NCBI RefSeq assembly: GCF_001194135.2
Contig: NC_068989.1
Coordinates: 28,340,179 to 28,375,049 of the forward strand
Length of the DNA: 34,871 bases
Direction of reading: 5' to 3'
Origin: Octopus bimaculoides
Taxonomy: Eukaryota
Positions 24,367-34,871 of the stretch are shown one piece after another. The translations under genes were made by a program, and so were the position numbers. The number at the start of each line of letters is the position of its first letter. Positions within the stretch are counted from its first letter, which is position 1. Below the pieces are notes generated by a model. That model searched no databases, was not told where the DNA came from, and saw nothing but the letters and a program-made list of their open reading frames with translations.

Positions 24367-25663
24367 CAGGAGTTGGACAAAATAATGGAAACACTTCAAA
24401 ATTTCAAACAGATTAATTTTAATATGAGGTAGGACCACCTTTGGCAGTAATTACAGCTTGAATTCTGTGAGGTATGGACTCGTACAAAGTTTGAATTGTT
24501 TCCAAAGGAATTTTTGTCCATTCTTCGGCTATAACAGTCTCGTACAAAGTTTGAATTGTTTCCAAAGAAATTTTTGTCCATTCTTCGGCTATAACAGTCT
24601 TCAGTTCTTGTAGTGATGGTGGTGGAGGATATCGACTCCTTAATTGCTTTTCTAAAATGCACCATAAATGTTCAATAATATTGAGATCTGTGGACTGTGG
24701 TGGCCAGATAAGATGTTCAACTTCACTCGAATGTTCCTCGTGCCATTCAGTAACAACATTAGCTATGTGAATTGGTGCATTATCANNNNNNNNNNNNNNN
24801 NNNNNNNNNNNNNNNNNNNNNNNNNNNNNNNNNNNNNNNNNNNNNNNNNNNNNNNNNNNNNNNNNNNNNNNNNNNNNNNNNNNNNNNNNNNNNNNNNNNN
24901 NNNNNNNNNNNNNNNNNNNNNNNNNNNNNNNNNNNNNNNNNNNNNNNNNNNNNNNNNNNNNNNNNNNNNNNNNNNNNNNNNNNNNNNNNNNNNNNNNNNN
25001 NNNNNNNNNNNNNNNNNNNNNNNNNNNNNNNNNNNNNNNNNNNNNNNNNNNNNNNNNNNNNNNNNNNNNNNNNNNNNNNNNNNNNNNNNNNNNNNNNNNN
25101 NNNNNNNNNNNNNNNNNNNNNNNNNNNNNNNNNNNNNNNNNNNNGCCCTCCAGTGAAATCCGGCTTTGTGCAGCTCCCGGTGAACAGTCTTTGTAGAAAC
25201 TGGGTTCTCTGGGTGGTCATTAAGCTCTGCAGTAATTTTGGAAGCTGTACTTTTGTGATCGTTTCTAACAATTCGCATAAGAGTCCGACGGTCCCTCTCT
25301 GAAATTTTTGTTTTCTTTCGACGAGGAGGTTTTTCCTTCTTTTTCAAAGGTTGTCATTACAGTCGAGACAATACTTCTTGATACACCAAACATTTTGGCT
25401 GTTTTCGATACGCTAGCGCCTGCCATACGAGCACCAACAATTTGACCTCTTTGAAAACCTGATAGATCTGTCATTTTAATGAATTTTAGTTACCGTTTTC
25501 TGATGATATCTGAAAAGAAACAGCAATTGTAGCAAAGCATATTAAGCAACACTAATAATAAATCAAAAAACATAAAAATAAACAAGCTTTTGACGGTTTT
25601 ATAGAATTTTCAAAATTATAATGCTATGATGCTAGGTGAATCCGTTATTTTTTACAAGCCCTT
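24367..25663 (-). mobile_element. Tc1-type DNA transposon with DD36E spacing, TA target duplication and decayed transposase (ATG 25474, stop 24419-24421, middle hidden by a gap)
   Basis: TIR caggagttggacaaaataatggaaacac (24367-24394) vs 25636-25663, 20/28 match; TA on both sides. HTH region MTDLSGFQRGQIVG..GVSRSIVS; catalytic DNAPIH...WPPQSTDLNIIEHLW. Confidence 0.92.
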
Positions 25664-25667
25664 TATA

Positions 25668-25723
<56 letters not shown>

Positions 25724-26097
25724 TATACATACATACTAAGAAGCTCATATATGCACATACACGCACACATACATAGATATAACATACAGATATACGCACC
25801 TATATATAATTTCAATACAAACGCTTGCATTCCCACAACACGTGCGCCCGCGAATCAATGTACTAAAACAAGTACGTACTTACATGCAAACATATATATA
25901 TGTATATATACATACATACAGATATACATACATACTTATGCACATACTTATATATCTACATATATGAACAAACTCATACACAAACATATACATATGCACA
26001 CACATACATATAAACATATATACATACATACATTTTTATACATTTTTATACACGCACACTCATTTTCATACATAACAATGATAATAGGTTCGATTAC

Positions 26098-26142
<45 letters not shown>

Positions 26143-27199
26143 TTTGATTACATATATATATATATAATATATGTATATATATATATANNNNNNNNNNNNN
26201 NNNNNNNNNNNNNNNNNNNNNNNNNNNNNNNNNNNNNNNNNNNNNNNNNNNNNNNNNNNNNNNNNNNNNNNNNNNNNNNNNNNNNNNNNNNNNNNNNNNN
26301 NNNNNNNNNNNNNNNNNNNNNNNNNNNNNNNNNNNNNNNNNNNNNNNNNNNNNNNNNNNNNNNNNNNNNNNNNNNNNNNNNNNNNNNNNNNNNNNNNNNN
26401 NNNNNNNNNNNNNNNNNNNNNNNNNNNNNNNNNNNNNNNNNNNNNNNNNNNNNNNNNNNNNNNNNNNNNNNNNNNNNNNNNNNNNNNNNNNNNNNNNNNN
26501 NNNNNNNNNNNNNNNNNNNNNNNNNNNNNNNNNNNNNNNNNNNNNNNNNNNNNNNNNNNNNNNNNNNNNNNNNNNNNNNNNNNNNNNNNNNNNNNNNNNN
26601 NNNNNNNNNNNNNNNNNNNNNNNNNNNNNNNNNNNNNNNNNNNNNNNNNNNNNNNNNNNNNNNNNNNNNNNNNTTTGAAAAGAGAAAAGATTGAAGAGAG
26701 ATAGAAAAAATACGTCCGTTCTTTTAAACGTCCATGCAGGAAAAAAAGCTGGTCGCATGAGGAAAAGAAAGATGGACGGTGTCATGCTTGAACAACGAGA
26801 GAAAGAGAAAGAGGGGAGAGAGAGAGACAGATAGAAAATGGTGAAGGAGGGAGGAGGAGAAAAAGGAAATTAGAGAAGGATGGAGGAAGAAAACAGTATA
26901 GAGTAGAGAGTCGCATCAAAAGTTGAAGATAAACTTACTTGGAAATAGATGGGTCGCGTTCAATTGAATAATAAATAATATATAATATAGTATATATACA
27001 TGCATATATGGGTACAGGAGTTCACCAACGGTGCAAATAACATGAAATACGTAAACAAGCGAGGGAAAAACGAGTGAAATACGTAAACAACAAGAAAAAA
27101 TGGAAAACAGGACAAAACACTTCTTCAAATATACTTATTCGCTTTGAATTTTCTCTTCCTCCCTATGTTTAAAATCACCTGATGATAGCGGATATTTTT

Positions 27200-28080
27200 C
27201 ATGATTTATTCGGAGTAATCAAACTATGCGTCCATTAAAAAAAATGCTGTTCTTCTTTTGTATAATGCCATACCTGGTACCATCCATGCTACAAGCCACT
27301 CCATTTCCCGGAGTGGGAACTTTGTGCTGACGACGATCGGGCGTACTTTGAGCTGTCTCACGTCGCTGGTGTCTGAGTGTGTTTTGATTACGCAGGAGAA
27401 CCATGTATGCAGGAGTAGTGTGCTCTATAGCTTTTATATGTATGCCTTCTGAATTTCATGCTTCCGGATACGCTCTTCCATAAATTGTTGGTTCTCAACT
27501 CTGTTCGTAACCCTATTCGCAGCTGTATGGTCATGTGAGTTGTAGATATCGTCTTGGGATAGATGGACATCACTGGCTCATCGTAGGCGTCCGTATCGAT
27601 CACAGAGAATTCTCCCCCTTTGTGCGAGAGCAGGAATGTATAGTTTTTCCTCTTTAAGGAGTCAAGTGTGCTAATCTCCTTGGGAGTCAGGTTAACAAAC
27701 CTCGTGGTCGCTGTCTGTTAACAAACCTCATGGTCTTCAGAAGGTCGTGACATAGCCTACCAACTTTGTTCTCGAAGTGTTCCTTAGCGGGTGATTTGTT
27801 GAACTCTCCTTCATACAGGTAAGGTTTTATCACTCCGTCATAGTCTCCGTGATGGTCTTCGTTGTTGATTTTCTGTACCCATAGTAGTGTGTATGCCATT
27901 CTGGAGACAGGTGTGGTGATGGCATGTTCCGGGAGTCTCCAGGTGAAAGTATATTTGGGGCCTTTGCGCAGTATCATCTTTTCTTCCAGAGTGAATATCC
28001 TGCTAGGTCAGTGAACAGTGAGTTGCATTGTTCTCCCTCTAGAACGTGTTTGTTGATAGTGGGATGTGGCGTGAGTAAGT
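27200..28080 (-). mobile_element. Penelope-like element ORF fragment (pre-RT to RT motifs 1-2), not Naiad-type, decayed
   Basis: SRIFTLEEKMILRKGPKY, NLTPKEISTLDSLK...SHKGGEFSVIDTDAY (compare ADKG..VV.D..DY) and KTH...LKVRPIV. Confidence 0.78.
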
Positions 28081-28524
28081 GGTTTGCGCTGTTTCCATAT
28101 CTATCTATCTATCCATCTCCCTTAAACCATTATACTTTTGAAACCTTAAAACTTTAATACTTTAAATCTTTAAAACACTAAAATTCTGAAATTGTATAAC
28201 TTCATGACGCTGAACATTTAAATAAAAAATTCCGAGATTCAAGAGAATTCTCTAAGAATTTTAGATTTTTTGAAACCTTTTGGTATTTTCAACAATGTCC
28301 CAAAAACTTCTTCGAGTGTTTTAAGGTTTATGTAATCTATTAAAAACTCACACCCTTTCAGACTGTCTCATTTTTTTCATTTTTTTCGTTTTCAATTTCT
28401 CAATTGTTACTTTTTTTATTTTTTTCGTTTTCAATTTCTCAATTGTTACTTTTTTATTTTTTCCTGTCTTGTTCCCAAGTGCTTTTGACTTCTATTAACT
28501 TCTCTTAACTTCTTTTAACTTAGC

Positions 28525-29514
28525 TTGGTGTCCCTAGATAGAAAATTCAACAAAAAAAGTGCTCCATTTGAGAAACTTGCATATATACATAAACAGTCCT
28601 GTCACCCTCCTGTAATATTTAAAAACCTGATGGCTAATATTAGCAACAGAGTGTCTAACCTCTCTTCTTCCAAAGAAATTTTCGAGAAAGCTGCCCCATA
28701 TTATAACAATAACAAGACTCTAGCCAATAGTGGCTTGAAAAATAAGTTGATATATAATCCCTCTAACAATAATCAAAACATTAATAAAAGATCTAGTGGC
28801 ATCAAAGATAAAGTAGTACATAACCACTCTAACATTAATCAAGATAATAAGAAACCTAAAAGTCGGCCAAGGAAAATTATTTGATTTTCCCCGCCTTTTT
28901 CCTTTAATATAAAAACTAACATTGGTAAAATATTCCTGTCTCTCCTAGACAAACACTTTCCAGCCACTCACATATATAGGAAAATATTTAATAGGCGCAC
29001 TGTAAAATTATCATATAGCTACTGCCCCAATATGAAGAGTATCATTACACGTGGTCAATACCAAGAGCCTGATTACAGGTGCAACTGTTGCGACCCAGGA
29101 TCCTGTCCACTTGACCAACGATGTATGACTAAATCTATCATACAGAGGCAGAAATTACTGCAACCCTAAATAAATAATACAACTGATAAGAAGACCTATA
29201 TTGGATTATGTGAAGGTGAATTTAAAAATCGCTATGCCAATCACATAGCCTCCTTCCGACATAAGGACAAAAGTAAAGCTACTAAGTTGGCAAGTCATGT
29301 ATGGAGTTTGAAAGATAATGAAACACTGCATGTGATTAAATCGAAAGTAATTGAGAAAGTCATACCTTATATGAATGGATCGAATAAATGTAGACTTTGT
29401 TTATCTAAGATCCCTAACACTCTATTGAACTCCAGGCTAGTAATTTTCAGTGATTGCTTGCATTTGTATAAATATATTTTGAAAAATTGGAAAATTCCAC
29501 CTTATTCTGACTGA
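28525..29514 (+). mobile_element. 3' part of a Naiad-like PLE (RT thumb plus GIY-YIG endonuclease), pseudogenised
   Basis: YIHKQSCHPPVI, RKII*FSPPFS, KIFNRRTVKLSYSYCPNM, CNC....CPL..RC (29080-29124), YIG....FKNRYANH (from 29197), KCRLC and C-L-H. In-frame stops at 28882 and 29167. Confidence 0.9.
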
Positions 29515-30674
29515 CTTGAAATCGTTCCAGCCTTATCATTTAAGGTCTAAGGAGGAGAGATCTTTTATCGTTTTAATTTTTACTTCTTACCTTTTAATTT
29601 CTGGTTTTCGTTTTCCGTTCTTCACTTTCCGTTATCTACTCTCTGCATTTTCTATATATTGCCTTCTCAATATTTTTGCGTTTCTTCTATTATTCAGTTT
29701 CTTTAGTTCGTTATGATATATGGTTTGCGCTTAAAGAATATGTTTGTGTTTTCCCAACAAACATATGAAACTATTAGTAGCGTTTTAATATATGTATTGT
29801 GACCTTTAAATTTTATATATATATATATATNNNNNNNNNNNNNNNNNNNNNNNNNNNNNNNNNNNNNNNNNNNNNNNNNNNNNNNNNNNNNNNNNNNNNN
29901 NNNNNNNNNNNNNNNNNNNNNNNNNNNNNNNNNNNNNNNNNNNNNNNNNNNNNNNNNNNNNNNNNNNNNNNNNNNNNNNNNNNNNNNNNNNNNNNNNNNN
30001 NNNNNNNNNNNNNNNNNNNNNNNNNNNNNNNNNNNNNNNNNNNNNNNNNNNNNNNNNNNNNNNNNNNNNNNNNNNNNNNNNNNNNNNNNNNNNNNNNNNN
30101 NNNNNNNNNNNNNNNNNNNNNNNNNNNNNNNNNNNNNNNNNNNNNNNNNNNNNNNNNNNNNNNNNNNNNNNNNNNNNNNNNNNNNNNNNNNNNNNNNNNN
30201 NNNNNNNNNNNNNNNNNNNNNNNNNNNNNNNNNNNNNNNNNNNNNNNNNNNNNNNNNNNNNNNNNNNNNNNNNNNNNNNNNNNNNNNNNNNNNNNNNNNN
30301 NNNNNNNNNNNNNNNNNNNNNNNNNNNNNNNNNNNNNNNNNNNNNNNNNNNNNNNNNNNNNNNNNNNNNNNNNNNNNNNNNNNNNNNNNNNNNNNNNNNN
30401 NNNNNNNNNNNNNNNNNNNNNNNNNNNNNNNNNNNNNNNNNNNNNNNNNNNNNNNNNNNNNNNNNNNNNNNNNNNNNNNNNNNNNNNNNNNNNNNNNNNN
30501 NNNNNNNNNNNNNNNNNNNNNNNNNNNNNNNNNNNNNNNNNNNNNNNNNNNNNNNNNNNNNNNNNNNNNNNNNNNNNNNNNNNNNNNNNNNNNNNNNNNN
30601 NNNNNNNNNNNNNNNNNNNNNNNNNNNNNNNNNNNNNNNNNNNNNNNNNNNNNNNNNNNNNNNNNNNNNNNNNN

Positions 30675-30719
<45 letters not shown>

Positions 30720-30885
30720 GTCTATGCTTGCCCTCACCCAACCGGTGTTGATATGTTTACGTTCCTGTAACTTAGCGGTTCAGCAAAAGTGACGGATAGA
30801 ATAAGTATTAGGCTTTAAAAAGTTTTGGGGTCGATTTGTCCGACTAAAATCCTTTAAGGCGGTGCTCCAACATGGCCGCAGTATA
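30720..30885 (+). mobile_element. Family A SINE, 3' half
   Basis: gtaacttagcggttcagcaaaag...ggggtcgatttg...gcggtgctccaacatggccgcag. Confidence 0.85.
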
Positions 30886-31602
30886 ATTTTTTTTCTCCAT
30901 GACAAAACACTGTGAATGGCTTGTTTACGAGTTTGAACGTGCCACTGGCATATTCGACTGGTAATAATATTGCAGTCGTTATTTGTGTATCAAACGATAT
31001 TGGCATTACGAAATAAATATTGCACATTGCTCAGTCAAGCAGTAAACTTATTATGGTTTGCTATGGAAATATAATTTTAAAACATATCCGTTCCATGTAG
31101 TTGAAATAAATGGAGCCTTTAATTTGTATTTTTAATTGCTCTGATAATTTACACGACAATTTGAAATTTACATGTGATATTTATATATTTTCCCGTTTCA
31201 ATTAACTGCATTTTAAAATTTAACTATGAGCGTAAAGTATGATGCGAAATGTAATGATGTGAAGGAGAAAGAAGAAGAAGAGAAAGATAATTATGATGAT
31301 AGCTATTGAAACGCAAAACGTGTTAGAAAATTTGTAATTAATATGCTTTTCATCACTGTTGTTCTAGTTTCTACTCATCTCATCTCCTCTTATATCTTCC
31401 TTTCATATTATCAGCTTCTCGTACAATCGACTTCTCGTTCCATTTCTCCTCGTTCTCTCTTAATTTTTATTCCGGTTGCTCTGCTGTCTCGCTTTATCGT
31501 TCTTTCTTTCTACTTCTCCGTAGTACCCTCTCTCAAACAATAAATTTTCTGTCTTTTTCTCACTCTCTTACCTACTTCTCTCTCGCTCTATCCCTACCTC
31601 TT

Positions 31603-31666
<64 letters not shown>

Positions 31667-32219
31667 CCTCTCTCTCTTTCTCATGCAAACACACCCACAA
31701 TTTTGTCCTCCGCTCCCTACTTCACTTTAAATATCTTTCAGTAAGACGTCTTTTGGTTTTCAAGTCTCTCAGCATGCAATTAATAAACTATGCCAAGTAA
31801 AATAAGTTTGTGTGCCATAACGAACAGCTAATTCTGACATTTCGAGCAGCTGCCTTCTTATAACTTATAAATTATTCTACAATTAATAAAAACGAGCAAC
31901 ATCACTTCTACCCTTTATAAACGTTTCGTCCTGAAAAGGTCAAGAGTCAGTCACCATATGAACAAACATTTATCTACTAACATATTTGTTTTAATCGTAT
32001 TCATCTTAATCATAATGATAAAAATTATCGTCATTGGCAGAACATGGATCGGTAAATAAATTGAACTTTGGAGTAAATTACTTGATGTTGTTTTACATTT
32101 TGATTTACAACACCACCGACTCTCGAGTACGATATGATAAAGTATCAGTCACGTATGGGTTCGACTTTTACTTCTCCCAACAAATATACCATTTTATATC
32201 TATTAAAAAAGGGGCTTAT

Positions 32220-32410
32220 CTCCCCACTATCGCTTGACAACCGATACTGGTATGTTTACGTCCCCGTCACTTAGCGGTTCAGCAAAAAGAGACCGATAGT
32301 TTAAGTACTAGGCTTACAAAGAATAAATCCTGGGGTCGGTTTGTTCGATTAAAGGCGGTGCTCCAGCATGGCCACAGACAAATGACTGAAACATGTAAAA
32401 GAATAACAGA
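32220..32410 (+). mobile_element. Family A SINE, 3' half
   Basis: atcgcttgacaaccgatactgg...ctggggtcgg...aaatgactgaaac. Confidence 0.88.
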
Positions 32411-32452
32411 ATATATATATAAAAGGTATATATNNNNNNNNNNNNNNNNNNN

Positions 32453-32484
<32 letters not shown>

Positions 32485-32486
<2 letters not shown>

Positions 32487-32690
32487 TATTTTTTACCCTT
32501 TACTTGTTTCAGTCATTAGACTGCAGTCATGCTGGGGCAGAGTCTTGAATTTTTAGTCGAATGAATCGATCCCAGTACTTACTTTTTAAAGCCTGATACT
32601 CATTCTATAGGTCTCTTTTGCCGAACTGCTAAGTTACGGGGGATGGAAACACTCCAACACCAGTTGTCAAGCAGTGGTGACTGACAAACA
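32485..32690 (-). mobile_element. Family A SINE, 3' half, inverted relative to the 32220 copy
   Basis: Reverse complement ctgcttgacaactggtgttgg...gtaacttagcagttcggcaaaagagacc...aatgactgaaacaagtaaa. Confidence 0.85.
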
Positions 32691-33116
32691 TAGACATAAG
32701 CACACATAGATATACATATGTTTTCTTTCTTTCCTCCTTTCTCGACTTATGACGTCAAATTTCTTAACGGTATTTTTAAAATTACTAGCGTTATCTATCC
32801 ATATTTTGTTGTTGTTTTTATATACTATATATTATATTATAATATCTTACATTTGTAAAAATAGCTTATTAATGAACATTGTTATTTATAATATGATGAG
32901 ATTAATACATTACTCCACCTTATTTTTCCTCCCGGATTAATTTTAATGTATCCATCGAAACATATTTGTCGGTGATATAACTGATTTAAATAACATCTTG
33001 TGCGTTTGTCTCCATTTTCCATTTCTCTTATATCCTCCAAAACACTTCTCACTTCTCCTTGGAATTATTACCCATGTACCTGTGGTAACTAATATCCGGA
33101 TCTTTCCTTGTAAATT

Positions 33117-33177
<61 letters not shown>

Positions 33178-33350
33178 NNNNNNNNNNNNNNNNNNNNNNN
33201 NNNNNNNNNNNNNNNNNNNNNNNNNNNNNNNNNNNNNNNNNNNNNNNNNNNNNNNNNNNNNNNNNNNNNNNNNNNNNNNNNNNNNNNNNNNNNNNNNNNN
33301 NNNNNNNNNNNNNNNNNNNNNNNNNNNNNNNNNNNNNNNNNNNNNNNNNN

Positions 33351-33430
33351 NAAGAGAGTGAGAGAAAGAGAGTGAGAGAAAGAGAGTGAGAGAAAGAGAG
33401 TGAGAGAAAGAGAGTGAGCGAAAGAGAAAG
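33351..33430. repeat. 12-bp purine minisatellite (agagtgagagaa)n
   Basis: Directly visible, about 5-6 copies after a gap. Confidence 0.9.
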
Positions 33431-34436
33431 AATAAGTTCAAGTAGAACAATTCAAACTTTTTGGGGAGTCCAAAAAGAAATATTTCTAATTAATATTCAT
33501 TATATCAAAATGATAGCCTGCTAAAGCAAGCAATTAAAATATGAAAATAACAGCTAAAAACATTATTTACATCATTTACAAATATCCATCAAATATCTCT
33601 TAAATATAGGACTGGAACAAGTAAAGTTCGTTATAGACATGTATAAGATAAAATCTAATATAAACCACTACTAACAATTATAAAAATGGAAAAGAGATGT
33701 TAAAAGTTCAAATGGTAATACAAACATGTAATAAAACCATTAATTATAATAATAATAATTAAAATAGTTATGTATTACCATTCTCGTCAGTGTGAAAAAT
33801 TAAAGAAAAACATCAAAAAAGGTACTACCAAAAAAATTTAGAAGGAAAAACAAAGAGGCTATGTCGGAGAAGCTGACCGGATATTTGCAAATAAATTGTA
33901 AAAGGGGAAAAGGAAGAGAAACAGGGACGTGTTAATGCATTTTTGAGTCTATATGTGTAATAAACTATAAACTAATCTGGCCAACGGATATATTTTAAAA
34001 TAAGTAGGAAAAAACCGAGACAAAACACAGTGTCAACAAAACATCAACACACGTATCTAACATACACAAATGCACGCTCCCTTACATAAAAACAATATAC
34101 ACCTACACGCATATATATATTTGAATACAAAGAAAACAATATAATAACAGTAAGTATCTAGCGGGACTAGATAGCTATATTTTAAAATTGTTTTAGTGTA
34201 TGAACAGTTATGGGTGGTAAGCAATGAAAAAAGTTTAAAAGTTTTATAGAGAAAAATATATAGTACCATTGGAAAAAACTTGTTGATAAATAATTCTTAA
34301 TAAACGATTATTTACTTAGAAATATTTACGGGTCAGAGAGTTATAGCGGAGAGGAGATAATTCTAAAGGTATAAAAAAATATATAAAGGAAAAAAATTAA
34401 TTCACACGGAATACACACGTATACACCTATACAATC

Positions 34437-34474
<38 letters not shown>

Positions 34475-34564
34475 ACACACTAACAAAAGAACATACGCAT
34501 ACACACAAACCTACATACATAAAACTACACACAAAATATATGGGTGTGTATATAGAAAAAACAA

Positions 34565-34871
34565 AAATAAAAGCTACCGGCCTATAACATGTTTGTCTAC
34601 TACCTATAAAATTTTGACATCTATTCTAGTGGAGAAAACATACGTTTGTGGAAGAGAATAACCTCTTTCCCACTGAACAAAAAGGATGCAGACGAGGCTC
34701 ATACGGATGCAAAGATCAGCTCTTAATTAATCGCATGATCCTTGAGAACTGCCATAACAAGCGCAGAAATCTCAGCTCTTCATGGATTGACTATAAAAAA
34801 GCCTTTGACAGCATACCACATTCGTGGATTCTGAAATCGCTGGACATTTTCAAAATTTCTCCTGTGATTTC
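34565..34871 (+). mobile_element. R4/Dong-clade LINE RT fragment running off the window end
   Basis: YRPITCLSTTYKILTSIL, one frameshift near 34640, then an open frame FVEENNLFPTEQKGCRRGSYGCKDQLLINRMILENC...WIDYKKAFDSIPHSWI. Confidence 0.9.

Noticed and set aside
28882-28884. In-frame TGA in the Naiad-like ORF as possible selenocysteine
   Set aside because: It falls at the conserved Trp of RKIIWFNPP, and the 12.9k copy has TGG there. A TGG-to-TGA nonsense change is the simpler reading; no SECIS was seen downstream.

Overview
AT-rich, gap- and microsatellite-riddled animal genomic DNA. The SINE/LINE/microsatellite landscape looks like an octopus (coleoid cephalopod) draft assembly; that is inferred from repeat style, not proven. 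Almost all ORFs in the supplied track are artefacts of microsatellites, N-runs or decayed transposons. One host gene is supported: three + strand exons (9158-9226, 20757-20895, 23539-23650) that splice in phase into the ECL2-TM5-TM6-TM7 part of a GPR158/GPR179-family class C GPCR. The rest is intronic and holds at least three tRNA-derived SINE families, two R4/Dong-type LINE fragments, five Penelope-like (PLE) remnants (four Naiad-like), a Tc1 element with DD36E spacing, a 138-bp loopless palindrome and two inverted-repeat pairs. The most unusual signal is a candidate minimal type I hammerhead ribozyme on the - strand (2794-2844) with a swapped G3-C8 core pair. I found no evidence for a wholly new multi-gene system.
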